Positions 25,242 to 34,564 of a stretch of DNA of 48,510 nt are shown here, in pieces. This stretch comes from a virus (taxonomy: Duplodnaviria; Caudoviricetes). Made by a program: the position numbers and the translations under genes. The notes under the pieces were generated by a model. The model did no database searches and was not told the origin of the DNA. It saw only the letters and a program-made list of their open reading frames with translations. The stretch is from the IMG/VR virus record IMGVR_UViG_3300044475_000316, positions 1 to 48,510 of that record, one strand, 5' to 3'. Positions within the stretch are counted from its first letter, which is position 1. Each line of letters starts with the position of its first letter.

Positions 25242-26345
25242 TTATTCAAACGCCGACGCATCCACGCGGCGTAGCTCGTCCAGGGTCAGGAACTCCCCGG
25301 CATCGTTGAACATCTCCGGTACCGTGATTTTGCCGTCGCGCAGTATCTGCGCCCGGGTAACACCCAGCACCTGCTCCTGTCGCGCGTATGGTTGCCGGGC
25401 GAGCCAGTCGGCATAGCTGGTATGCGCTGGCACCTGCCCGTCCATTGAGGCGCGTGTGGCGCTGCTCAGCTCGTCAGAGGGTATCTTCAGTTCTTCCCAC
25501 GACCTCGTGATCAGGATTTCGCCGGAGCGGCAGCAGAAGTGAATTTTGCCGGGACCGCGCAGATACGGCACCACATGCCCCAGCGGCTTGCCGTCGAGGG
25601 TGTAGAGCTTGCGGTCGCGGATGATGCACCACTGACTGGTATGCGTATCCAGCGTGGATGACCACTGCTTGGCCTTGACGATATCGCTGTTGGCTTGGGC
25701 AAACTCCTGCCGCGCCGTAGCGGCCATATGATTCACTGCGGTGCGGGTCACCACCGCCAGGTCACGCCGGGATCCATTGATCACCCCATCTTCCCGGTTA
25801 AGTTTTGGCGTGCCGGCAACGCGCCGGACAATCTGTTCTACCGTCTCGCCCTGGAGGAAACCGGAGCGCACAGCATTTGTGATTTTGTCCACCCGGTCGG
25901 CTTCAAGCTTCTGGCCCCACTCCTTCAGCAATCTCCCCTGGAACGGCTGCGCTGCTGCTGCGGCGTAGACCTGCTCGGGTGCAATGCTCTGCAGCGGAAC
26001 GTGTTTCAGGATCTGCTGCGGGATGATGCTGCTGAACAGGTCCAGTTGATACCCGGCCTCATATTCAACGTAGCGCGTCAGTTCGCGTTCCAGCGCCGCG
26101 TTAACCGGTTCGTAGGCCTGCTGATTAAGTTCACGCACACCAGCCAGCAGCGATGCCAGGCGACGGGCGCTGTAGGTATCCGCCCGTTTGCCGTCCAGAA
26201 GCACCAGCAATTTCGCGGCCAGGTCGGCGTCGAGTTTGTTTAGCAGCGTCACCATGCGCCGGGCGACGCCAGTGCCGTAGCGCGTCACATATAGGCCATG
26301 CGCTATCGTCTCATCCTGCAGGCGGTCGTTGACGGAACGAGCCAT
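25242..26345 (-). CDS. Minor head protein (SPP1 gp7 / Mu F-like)
   Basis: WSSTLDTHTS.WC..RD and HFCCRS motifs; follows portal. Confidence 0.85.
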   Translation of the reverse strand: MARSVNDRLQDETIAHGLYVTRYGTGVARRMVTLLNKLDADLAAKLLVLLDGKRADTYSARRLASLLAGVRELNQQAYEPVNAALERELTRYVEYEAGYQLDLFSSIIPQQILKHVPLQSIAPEQVYAAAAAQPFQGRLLKEWGQKLEADRVDKITNAVRSGFLQGETVEQIVRRVAGTPKLNREDGVINGSRRDLAVVTRTAVNHMAATARQEFAQANSDIVKAKQWSSTLDTHTSQWCIIRDRKLYTLDGKPLGHVVPYLRGPGKIHFCCRSGEILITRSWEELKIPSDELSSATRASMDGQVPAHTSYADWLARQPYARQEQVLGVTRAQILRDGKITVPEMFNDAGEFLTLDELRRVDASAFE

Positions 26346-26346
26346 G

Positions 26347-27750
26347 TCACACCTCTTCTGCTGGCGGTCCGGTCAGCGAGGCCGATTCAGCCAGCAACTC
26401 ATCAAGGACTTTCTCAGGGTCGGCATCAGCATCAATCAGGTTGAGCTTCTGCAGAGCTTTAATGGCATCAATACGACGGAGGTCACCACCCTGGCGCAGA
26501 GACTGAATAGCCAGCGCAGCCGGAGGGTTGAACTCATTCGACTCAACATCCAGCTCAGTACGGACATCAACGTTGCCGCCCTCTTTCTCACCGATATACT
26601 CGGCCATGATTTGCAGGATGTTGTCGATCGCATCCTCAAGGCTGGTCGCCATGGTGTAGAGCGGGGACTGTTCCTGCATTTTCTCTTCAGAGGTCTGGTC
26701 TACTGACTTCGTCGAGGTATTGTCGGTGCGCAGGAGCTTCGCGCCAGCCTGGCGCATCTGCTCCACCAGATCGGTCAGTGACTCTTTTCCAGCTCCAATG
26801 GCAGACCCGGTGTGCTCGGTATATTCCATCCCCTGCTTTTGTCGATCGGAAAAGCTGGTTGCGGAGGAGGAGCCAATAATTAATTCCTGCCCTTCCTCAA
26901 GCCCGAATACGGACAGAATGGGAACTCGAACAACATGGAGAATGTTGTCCTGCTCGCTCTGGCTCTGCCAGTGCTTGACGTTCAGCAGCGCCATGTTGAG
27001 CAGCGGCGGTGAACCGCACATAAAGCCGGTGCGCTTGGTATAGAGCGTGACCAGGGTGATATCGCGACGGGAGGTTTGCCATTCATCATGTAACGCCCAG
27101 GTGGCCTGCCCCTCTGCACCGGTAGCCTTCCGGTAAATCTGCACCTTGCTTGGGGTTAGGAGCCGGATCTGCTCGACTTTCGTCTGCCCGAAGTCATCAC
27201 CATCTTCGACCACCACCTCTTTGATGCGCAGCGACGTGAGCACGACCTTGCCGCCGGTCATCTTCGACTTCCAGCCGATCACCTGGCGGGGATTCAGCAT
27301 GGTGACGTACGGGCGCGCGCCGGTGGCCTTCTCATCAGCCTTGGTCTTCACCTGTTCGGGGTCAACGCGAGGATAGTCCACCAGCGCATGGGAAAGGCCA
27401 TACTGCATCGCCAGGCTAAAGAACGACTGCGCCCATACATCCAGACGGGTACCTTCAAGATCCACGTCTTTTGCGAACTCACGCAACTGATCCGGCACGT
27501 TTTCGCCCAACTGGATTGGCTCAGCGAATACACGCCCGACGTTCTGGTTGATCGTCTCTTCGTAGGCAGGGAGAAGCGTGGCCACTGCCAGGCGCTTTTT
27601 GTAATCCTCTTTGTCTTCCTTCGGCCAGCGTGGCAGATATGCCTCACCCAGCCGGCGCATGTAAAGCGTGCCGCCCATCAGGGCGTCGTTAATGTCCCAC
27701 GCCTGCACCATGTTCCCATAGTCCAGATTGGGTGTTGAAATATCAGGCAT
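26347..27750 (-). CDS. Portal protein
   Basis: 467 aa after terL; YLPRWPKE..Y..RL and PPLLNMALLN. Confidence 0.85.
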   Translation of the reverse strand: MPDISTPNLDYGNMVQAWDINDALMGGTLYMRRLGEAYLPRWPKEDKEDYKKRLAVATLLPAYEETINQNVGRVFAEPIQLGENVPDQLREFAKDVDLEGTRLDVWAQSFFSLAMQYGLSHALVDYPRVDPEQVKTKADEKATGARPYVTMLNPRQVIGWKSKMTGGKVVLTSLRIKEVVVEDGDDFGQTKVEQIRLLTPSKVQIYRKATGAEGQATWALHDEWQTSRRDITLVTLYTKRTGFMCGSPPLLNMALLNVKHWQSQSEQDNILHVVRVPILSVFGLEEGQELIIGSSSATSFSDRQKQGMEYTEHTGSAIGAGKESLTDLVEQMRQAGAKLLRTDNTSTKSVDQTSEEKMQEQSPLYTMATSLEDAIDNILQIMAEYIGEKEGGNVDVRTELDVESNEFNPPAALAIQSLRQGGDLRRIDAIKALQKLNLIDADADPEKVLDELLAESASLTGPPAEEV

Positions 27751-27754
27751 GGAG

Positions 27755-29326
27755 TTAAATCCGTAGGTTGGTAACTTTGCCGACTTTCTTCGGCGGTGAA
27801 TGCAGAACGGCGTAGCGGGTAGCGTCCCAGTCGTGGTCTTCCTGCTGTGTGTCTACGTCGTCGGGATTTTTGCTGTCGCGAACGAGCACCGGCACACGGC
27901 TTATCCAGCCCCGGCAGTAGTCAAACACGTAGAATGCTGCTTTCTCAGGTGTACCCGATTCCAGCTTCTTGCCTTCAATGACGGCCTCCAGCATGTCAGC
28001 AAACAGGGCTGCGCCGTTCACGCGCGATCCCGGCTTCTTGTTGGATGGCACCCACTTAACGCCCTGCGATTCCATTTTCTGGGCAATGGAGAGTTCGTCA
28101 TCGCCGGTGTTGTAGATGGCACCGTCAGCCGGGCCGGGAATAACCTTTTTGCAGATGCCGGGCATGATGTTCAGTTGCCCCTGCGTCACACCGTTGAGTT
28201 TTATTTCCTCGGGCTCTGCTAGCTCTTCACCCACCAGCCGCTTATCGACCCAGGCTACGCCCTTGGCGACGTTTGTGGACGACATGTTCAGGCCTTTGTT
28301 CAGTTCGTCCGGTGGACAGCCGTACCACTCGCCAATGAGGATCAGCGACCCGGCAGGTGGGCAGAACTGGCGCCCGTCCGGTAATTCAGCGGCAGTACCG
28401 TCGGTACGCGCCCACCAGAGGTTAGAGAACGGCTTCGATTCGCCCCAGTCATGGGAACGGTTAACCGTCCAGCTAGCCGGGATGCGGAAAGGTTTAATGA
28501 CGTGATGGGAAGCATTCCAAAGGTGGTCAAAGCGCCCGCCGCTGGTGACATCCCACGAGCCCTCAACCCAAGCTTTGCGGCGGTTCGGGTCTTTGATGGC
28601 CATCAGTGTGGCAATGTACTGGGGATCCAGATACGGGTTCTCTTTAAAAGAGCCGTGAATCGCCACGCGGGTAAGCGTCACATCCTCTTCCCGCTCGGTC
28701 TGTGGATTGAACACTTTCTGCGTTTCGCGAATGATGGTGCCGCGCGGCGCAGGCTCGATGAAGCGCTTCTTCACCCAGGTATGGCCGATGCCAAACGGGT
28801 TTGTCGTACTGAACGTTTCGAGCGGGATCGGCTTCAGCTGCGACCCATCATCACGTGGATAGTTTTCCGGCCGGAACGATGAGCGCCGACAGGAAAACAT
28901 CATCTCGTAGAACTCGGACGATTGCTGCTTGGTCAGTTCGTTGAAGCCAATGAACGGGAACTCCTGACCGTGATAGTCCCAGTAGTCACCTTCTTCTTTT
29001 CCGAAGCGGAACAGCAGTTCTTCGCCAGTGGGCCATACCCAGCGTAGCTCGGATGCAGACGCCAGATAGCGCGCGCCGTCGTTAAACAGGCGATACATAC
29101 GCTTTGACTGGGTGATGATGTCGGTGAGGTTCTTATACTCGGTATCGAAAATGACACCGCGCCAAAAAGATCCATAGCCCAGACCAACGAGGCGACGAAA
29201 GCGTGCCAGTTGCGCGGCGGTTTTACCCGGCCCGCGCGTTCCCTCGTAGAGGATTTCGTTACACGGGCAGCTCAGGGAGAGCGATTGCGATCCCGGCAAA
29301 GGTTTCCAGACGGCTTTGTAATTCAT
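27755..29326 (-). CDS. Terminase large subunit
   Basis: Walker A GTRGPGKT, Walker B FIGFNEL, TTNPFG, C-terminal nuclease DHDWDATRY; ATGA overlap with terS. Confidence 0.92.
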   Translation of the reverse strand: MNYKAVWKPLPGSQSLSLSCPCNEILYEGTRGPGKTAAQLARFRRLVGLGYGSFWRGVIFDTEYKNLTDIITQSKRMYRLFNDGARYLASASELRWVWPTGEELLFRFGKEEGDYWDYHGQEFPFIGFNELTKQQSSEFYEMMFSCRRSSFRPENYPRDDGSQLKPIPLETFSTTNPFGIGHTWVKKRFIEPAPRGTIIRETQKVFNPQTEREEDVTLTRVAIHGSFKENPYLDPQYIATLMAIKDPNRRKAWVEGSWDVTSGGRFDHLWNASHHVIKPFRIPASWTVNRSHDWGESKPFSNLWWARTDGTAAELPDGRQFCPPAGSLILIGEWYGCPPDELNKGLNMSSTNVAKGVAWVDKRLVGEELAEPEEIKLNGVTQGQLNIMPGICKKVIPGPADGAIYNTGDDELSIAQKMESQGVKWVPSNKKPGSRVNGAALFADMLEAVIEGKKLESGTPEKAAFYVFDYCRGWISRVPVLVRDSKNPDDVDTQQEDHDWDATRYAVLHSPPKKVGKVTNLRI

Positions 29327-29895
29327 CCACCAAGAACCTCGCTCTGCTGCTTCTGCGCTGCCGCTTCCCACTCGTCTACGTTATCGCAGGATGGGACCGG
29401 CATTATGCTGTGTGTGGCTACTACTTTCTGTTCGACCTGTTCTTTGAAGGCCTGCACGCGAACATGTTTGCCAAGTAGTTCGAGGTTCTTCACTTTGTCG
29501 GGCCATTTAACCTTTTTGAGGATGGTTTCAGATGTCTCCTCGTCGAAGTTCTGGATCGTGGTGCTGATATCCAGGCCGGTTAGCGAAATTCGCCAGGCCT
29601 TTGGCCATGAAGTGATGGGCTTAAGGCTCCCGTCATCATTCAGGATATCCAGAACGTCCATCTGGTCGATTTCAACCAAGCGCCGGAGCACATAATTCGC
29701 ATCAATACCCACATCCTCGTTGCGCTTACTCTTGAGTTCGGCGATCCTTTTTTGGATGTCAAGTTTTGACAATAATTGAGCAGCTATACGGTTTGCAGTT
29801 TTGACGCTGTACCCCGCCCGAATAGCCGCTTGCGTGGCGTTTAAATCGATGAGGTACTCGCGACAGAACATTTCTTGTTTGTCGGTGAGTGCCAT
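29323..29895 (-). CDS. Terminase small subunit
   Basis: LTDKQEMFCREYLIDLNATQAAIRAGYS and KVKNLELLGKH. Confidence 0.93.
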   Translation of the reverse strand: MALTDKQEMFCREYLIDLNATQAAIRAGYSVKTANRIAAQLLSKLDIQKRIAELKSKRNEDVGIDANYVLRRLVEIDQMDVLDILNDDGSLKPITSWPKAWRISLTGLDISTTIQNFDEETSETILKKVKWPDKVKNLELLGKHVRVQAFKEQVEQKVVATHSIMPVPSCDNVDEWEAAAQKQQSEVLGG

Positions 29896-29921
29896 TATTT
29901 TTTCCTTGTAGGGATTATTTC

Positions 29922-30374
29922 ATGAATAATTTCAATCCACTAACATACCTTGATTCATCGGCACACTTTGAGGTCATGGACAAAATTCATCAAGATGCAG
30001 CTGATAGACAGTTTGCTGTAACGGGTAATTTTGCCAATGAATTTCATCTGCGATTAACTCAATGGGTGAATAATTTCCATCGTAATCTTGAAGATGACTA
30101 CGAAGTTGGTGGGCAGTTGGTTTCTTTTGGTCAAACGCAGACCTTCACATTTACTAGCATTGGTTACTGGGACCCATCATTGATATCTTTTAAAGGGCTG
30201 CGTGAAGATGGAAGTCCAATCGAACTTGTTCAGCATGTATCCCAAATAAGTGTTCTTCTCGTGAGAATGAGGCGTCACAATCTTGACGAGCCTAAACGAC
30301 CTATTGGTTTTGCAAGTTGGGATGAATATGACCAGCAAGTTAGTGAGTGGGAAAAAAGCTTAGACGAAATTTAA
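29922..30374 (+). CDS. Counter-oriented moron protein (DUF6173-like)
   Basis: FGQ..IGYWDPSLISFKG..G.PIELVQHVSQISVLL pattern; AT-rich. Family name recalled, not searched. Confidence 0.65.
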   Translation: MNNFNPLTYLDSSAHFEVMDKIHQDAADRQFAVTGNFANEFHLRLTQWVNNFHRNLEDDYEVGGQLVSFGQTQTFTFTSIGYWDPSLISFKGLREDGSPIELVQHVSQISVLLVRMRRHNLDEPKRPIGFASWDEYDQQVSEWEKSLDEI

Positions 30375-30381
30375 CCAATTT

Positions 30382-30420
30382 TTCATCATCAGGCATACCG
30401 TAAATGCGCCTGATGATGAA
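30382..30420. repeat. 13-bp perfect inverted repeat
   Basis: TTCATCATCAGGC-N13-GCCTGATGATGAA. Confidence 0.85.
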
Positions 30421-30593
30421 CCTTGAAATGGAAAAAAAAGCGTTCTGACAAGCCTTTTGCTTTGGTGTCAGACCTGCCATAGTTCACTCCATTTATCCCC
30501 TACAGGGTATATTTGAGATTTATCCGCTAAAGGGGATATTCAATTTTTAGCTATTAAAAAACCGCCCGTAGGCGGTTTAGGGAAACCCATTAG

Positions 30594-30785
30594 TTACTTA
30601 ACAAAAGTAATGCTATTCGGGTTAAGGATGATTACCTGTCCATTGTCTCGCTCAACGATGGCCTTAACTGGTGTATGGAGTTGGTTTGATTCATCGTAAG
30701 TTTCGATTGGAGCAAACTGGACGAACGTTCCCTCTTCCTTCTCGCCATGCATAGAAAATGTGCATTTACGTTTTTCATCTGCCAT
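30594..30785 (-). CDS. Small hypothetical protein
   Basis: 63 aa, AGGGGAAG RBS, followed by a terminator-like hairpin at about 30556-30578. Confidence 0.6.
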   Translation of the reverse strand: MADEKRKCTFSMHGEKEEGTFVQFAPIETYDESNQLHTPVKAIVERDNGQVIILNPNSITFVK

Positions 30786-31146
30786 ACAACTTCCCCTTTT
30801 TTTATTAAAGAATCATTTTTATAACAGAAATGAAATTTGTCGCTAAGATCTGAATCAACAATCTAAACATGCACATTAGTAATTTCACTATGGCATGCGA
30901 ATAACTGTGACGCTAGCCGGGTGGCTATGCTTAAAGTCCAGTGGAGAGACTGTGTCAGAGCCTCAGGGATGAGGTTCTATTTGAATCTGTCTGACCATGT
31001 TGATGGATTCGTGCGGATATTCTTAATGTCCCACGCTTACGCTTGTTGTTACCTGGTATGGTGCCAGGATGTACAAGACTCTGATGCGGAGAATGCCAAC
31101 TCCGGGGAAACATCAATAAAAAGAGCACATAAACTGAGACTCCTGT

Positions 31147-31173
31147 AGCCCTCCTTGTGAGGGCTCTTTTTTT
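31147..31173 (+). terminator. Plus-strand terminator with no convincing upstream gene
   Basis: AGCCCTC/GAGGGCT stem, then C and T7. Confidence 0.75.
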
Positions 31174-31257
31174 AGCCATTATCAAGCGCCCCGGGTGAGA
31201 CGCTTTGTAATGGCAATAAAAGGGCCGCCTAAGCGACCTCTTCTTTGAAAGATATGT

Positions 31258-31431
31258 TTATAGAAGTTTAATTTTCACGTCATAACCTTCCAGACCGGTC
31301 ATCGCTTCGCGAGCAACAAACTGAATCTCAGAGACTTCTTTTCCTGTTTTTTTTCTTAATTCTGAAATTTTTTTTGCGATCAAAGCGGAAATTTCTTCTT
31401 CGGTCTTTTGTGTCAGAGCATCAACTTTCAT
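31258..31431 (-). CDS. gnsB: GnsA/GnsB family protein
   Basis: 57 aa; KTGKEVSEIQFVAREAMTGLEGYDVKIKLL closely matches the E. coli GnsA/GnsB C-terminus. Confidence 0.85.
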   Translation of the reverse strand: MKVDALTQKTEEEISALIAKKISELRKKTGKEVSEIQFVAREAMTGLEGYDVKIKLL

Positions 31432-31645
31432 TTGGGCCTCTTCTGGTTTACTCATATTCCCATTCTCCAGCAAGGTGATAGTTGTTAAATCACTATCTTC
31501 CACTATAAATGTCTATAAATTATAGACTAATGATGTTGTCGCTGCATACACCTACCAAACCCTGCTTTCCTCCCTGGATGGAAACCCTGATACGTTGGTC
31601 TGTGACAAAAAAAGCCCCTGCATCACTGCAAGGGCTTTGGGTATA

Positions 31646-31775
31646 TGATGCCGGGTGCCTCCCGGAGAGTCGTTGGGATAACCACCCGTGACTCGCTGCT
31701 TCAGTCGTTCATGATGAGCGCCAGTGTAGAAGAGCCATCCGGTTAATTAGCCCCTCCGCTTAGGGGGATTCACCA
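31646..31775 (-). ncRNA. Structured repeat element B, copy 1
   Basis: TGGTGAATCCCCCT..GGGG .. CCGGGAGGCACCCGGCATCA; three copies in the window. Confidence 0.65.
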
Positions 31776-31858
31776 TAATTCGTTTACAGCATGGATATAA
31801 AAAAGCGATCAGTTATCGACATGCCAGTAAGGATTCCCGGGCGTTATTGGCGCTGAGT

Positions 31859-32086
31859 TCACAGATACTTTTTCACTGCGTTTGAAACTTCTTCCTGAGT
31901 AAGCTCTCGATCAGAAGCTACACAAATCTCGAGATGATCCCCCGTCAGTGAATGAATCCCGGTAAGCATTATTTTTAGGGAGACTTCATCACCGTTTGGG
32001 TAGCTTCGAACAATCGATGTTACAGGCTTAAGTACATTTGCGACCTCTACCTGCTGCGAGTTGAAGAAAACCAATACTTTTTTCAT
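31859..32086 (-). CDS. YnfN-like protein
   Basis: YPNG..SLTGDH..VASDR resembles Qin prophage YnfN; adjacent to a gnsB-like gene as in Qin. Confidence 0.7.
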   Translation of the reverse strand: MKKVLVFFNSQQVEVANVLKPVTSIVRSYPNGDEVSLKIMLTGIHSLTGDHLEICVASDRELTQEEVSNAVKKYL

Positions 32087-32462
32087 AAATTTGCCTTAGT
32101 CCCCTCTTGCGTCTGTTTTAAGGCAGATGTCGCTTTGTCTTCAGATAACCGCAAATGTCTAAGAAAGGCCACGCTACTGCGTGGCCTTTGTAAGTATTGC
32201 ATTCCATTCAGTCCACCATGCTCCGGAGCCACCGGACAAAGCCATGACTAAAGGGCTTCCAATACACCTGTCAGATTGATAATCCATACAGGATGGGTTG
32301 AGTCTACATGTTAAAAAAAAATCGACACCTTCTAAAAAGGTATAGTTATGTTTGTGTCGTTTTTTAGAATATATGGACTCACTCAAACTGAGATCGCAGT
32401 GTAATCCACTACTCTCATAACGAAACGCTAGAGATGTTATTAGTAAGCTCACTTTGGAATGG

Positions 32463-32720
32463 CTACTGTGAGTTGCGCGACGCATCTATCTTCCTGATGC
32501 TGGCCTTATCAATGTTGCACTGCCCTAGCGCTGATAACAGGCTTACATTCAAATCCAGGCTGGTCCCATAGGTCAGCGGATCGGGAATTGCAGGTTGCGG
32601 CGTCTCAGCTATCAGGTTTGCCGGCAGCGGTACCATCGGAACCGGTACGTATACTGTCCGCGTACTTCCGCAGCCGGTCAGTAGCTGCAGCAGGCACAGG
32701 CCGACGAGCGCAATCATCAT
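32463..32720 (-). CDS. o-spanin (Rz1-like lipoprotein)
   Basis: Lipobox LTGC, Pro-rich, LGQCNIDKASIR; overlaps Rz in another frame. Start uncertain. Confidence 0.8.
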   Translation of the reverse strand: MMIALVGLCLLQLLTGCGSTRTVYVPVPMVPLPANLIAETPQPAIPDPLTYGTSLDLNVSLLSALGQCNIDKASIRKIDASRNSQ

Positions 32721-32997
32721 TCGCAACAGCCACTTTGATATCTGCCTGGACTCTCTGTGACTCCAGTGCGATCTGCTGTTTTGCATTCTGATTTGCCTCG
32801 GAGATGGTGTTAATAATGCTCACCGCCTGAATGACATTGGCGGTAATGGCGTTTGCAGACTCGGCTTGCTGCTCAGCTCTATCTGCCCGTATTTTTTCAC
32901 GACTGGCCTTGTCGCTGTAATACCAGGCCGACCAGCACGCTCCGCCGAACAGGCACAGGATGAACACGACGATCGCAATGAGGTAATGGGATTTCAT
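32605..32997 (-). CDS. i-spanin (Rz-like)
   Basis: N-terminal TM helix, coiled coil, DDCARRPVP; after the endolysin. Confidence 0.8.
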   Translation of the reverse strand: MKSHYLIAIVVFILCLFGGACWSAWYYSDKASREKIRADRAEQQAESANAITANVIQAVSIINTISEANQNAKQQIALESQRVQADIKVAVANDDCARRPVPAAATDRLRKYADSIRTGSDGTAAGKPDS

Positions 32998-33560
32998 CAG
33001 AACCCCCCCGGCGCTGATGCTGGCATCCCAGGGTTAAGCGGCCCGACACCACCATTGAATAGTTGCGGCTTTTGCTGCCATTCACAGACTTCACGCTCAA
33101 TCTCGCGCCGGGTGATGAGGCCCTTCCACTGCTGGCCACCAGCATACGTCCAGCGCTGCAGCTCTTTGCACGCGCCCGGAACATCGCCAGCATTCAGTTT
33201 TTTCAGCAGCGTGGAGCGACTAAACGCGCCAGCGCCCACGTTGTAGGTAAACGAGTAAAGCGCTGCCCGGGTAGGTTCAGGGATGCGGACCTTAATCAGC
33301 GGATCGATGGCTGCCGCCACCTTGCGCAGGTCGGACTGCAGCAGAGCATCGCACTCTTTGTCGGTGTAACGGTGGCCGCGGCGAACGTATGCGCCGGTAT
33401 GTCCATCACATACAGTCCAGACTCCAACGACATCCTGATATGCGTAATACCGCCGCCCTTCCAGCCCGTCAGCATTACCCAGCATGACTGCGGCAATGGT
33501 TATCGCGCCCGATCCGCCCAGGATGGCCTTCACGAGCTTACTTTTCAGCGTCGGGTTCAT
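32997..33560 (-). CDS. SAR endolysin (GH24 lysozyme)
   Basis: Gly/Ala-rich N-terminal SAR segment, [15 protein letters not shown] catalytic triad, GLITRREIE. Confidence 0.92.
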   Translation of the reverse strand: MNPTLKSKLVKAILGGSGAITIAAVMLGNADGLEGRRYYAYQDVVGVWTVCDGHTGAYVRRGHRYTDKECDALLQSDLRKVAAAIDPLIKVRIPEPTRAALYSFTYNVGAGAFSRSTLLKKLNAGDVPGACKELQRWTYAGGQQWKGLITRREIEREVCEWQQKPQLFNGGVGPLNPGMPASAPGGF

Positions 33561-33762
33561 TCTGGCTCCTGTCGCGGCGATTATCTTCGCGGATTTTGAA
33601 GTACAAATTTGTCAGGTACGTAAGAACAGCGACAACTATGCCCACCAGCACGCCGATGGCGTTCCATTGCTCAGGGCTGTATGCGTTAAGGATGCCGTTC
33701 AGCACGCTCCCCGCAGAGGCGCCGTAAGCCGCGCCGGTGGTTATTTTGTCCATTCGTGACAT
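33538..33762 (-). CDS. Pinholin (phage 21 S-like) with dual start
   Basis: [18 protein letters not shown], two TM segments, [14 protein letters not shown]; Met1 and Met4. Confidence 0.9.
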   Translation of the reverse strand: MSRMDKITTGAAYGASAGSVLNGILNAYSPEQWNAIGVLVGIVVAVLTYLTNLYFKIREDNRRDRSQNEPDAEK

Positions 33763-33806
33763 CTCTCACCTCCGATAGTTTCGGGGTGCTGTGCGGTGTG
33801 AAGGGA

Positions 33807-33864
33807 TCAGGCTCTCCGGATGAATTAACGACAAAACGAGTGATGGGTGTTTCCGGGAGCCTGA
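33807..33864. repeat. Hairpin element A, copy 1
   Basis: TCAGGCTCTCCGGA..TCCGGGAGCCTGA; 55/58 identical to 34507-34564. Confidence 0.85.
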
Positions 33865-33927
33865 AATAGAAAAAGGCCACCAACCGGCAGCCTTGAGAAT
33901 AGATATTTCCTGATGAGATGTAGATTG

Positions 33928-34031
33928 TGGTGCCGGGTGCCTCCCGGTGACTCGTTACCAGTTATGCGAGTCGCAAGCATATTTATAGATAACTTTAACT
34001 GGTTTGCCCCGCCGCATAGGGGGATTCACCA
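33928..34031 (-). ncRNA. Structured repeat element B, copy 2
   Basis: Same conserved ends as the other copies; loop AACTGGT complementary to ACCAGTT. Confidence 0.65.
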
Positions 34032-34075
34032 GTATTAAATCTAGATAAGTTTGAGCAAAGCACTAATCCGATCTT

Positions 34076-34267
34076 CTAAAAATCAGGTGGGGATAGCGGA
34101 CCCTGTAATACTTTAGCCTCGCCGTCATGGCAGATGTCATCGCTTTGCGTGAGATGCCATACACCCGTTATGGTTCGACCCGTTTCGAGGTCTTCGGTTT
34201 CGTCGTTGGTGAAGTACGCAACCTGAACCCTGCCGTTGTGCTGTATCCAGTAGAAACCTTCTTCCAT
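34076..34267 (-). CDS. Small hypothetical protein
   Basis: 63 aa, MEEGFYWIQHNG..., between two element B copies. Confidence 0.7.
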   Translation of the reverse strand: MEEGFYWIQHNGRVQVAYFTNDETEDLETGRTITGVWHLTQSDDICHDGEAKVLQGPLSPPDF

Positions 34268-34357
34268 ACTTACCGCCCCCTGACAGTTCTGATAGAACTA
34301 ATCCAGCCGACATTATATGACTTATTAGATACAGGCAAAGAAGATGTGGACTAAGTG

Positions 34358-34453
34358 TGGTGCCGGGTGCCTCCCGGTGAATCTATGCTAGACCATAGAA
34401 CCGCGTCATTCACCCCTCTGTCTAGTCGCCCCACCGCATAGGGGGATTCACCA
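34358..34453 (-). ncRNA. Structured repeat element B, copy 3
   Basis: Same conserved ends; loop GTCTAG complementary to CTAGAC. Confidence 0.65.
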
Positions 34454-34506
34454 CTGAGACAGTCTAATGGCTTACATTAAATAAGACTAATCTTATCTGT
34501 TTATAG

Positions 34507-34564
34507 TCAGGCTCTCCGGATAAATTAACGACAAAACGAGTGATGGGGGTATCCGGGAGCCTGA
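34507..34564. repeat. Hairpin element A, copy 2
   Basis: Exactly 700 nt from copy 1, three mismatches. Confidence 0.85.

Noticed and set aside
30891-30906. Sigma54 promoter for the candidate sRNA
   Set aside because: TGGCA is present but the -12 TTGC element is missing.
32174-32485. 103-aa ORF after Rz1
   Set aside because: No clear RBS, crosses hairpins and AT-rich intergenic-looking DNA, no recognisable motif.
31646-34453. Element B copies as tRNA genes
   Set aside because: No TTC-containing T-loop, no 7-bp acceptor stem and no canonical anticodon arm; the resemblance is topological only.
33807-34564. Element A pair as IS ends or att sites
   Set aside because: No transposase or recombinase between them; they are internally palindromic direct repeats in mid-prophage.
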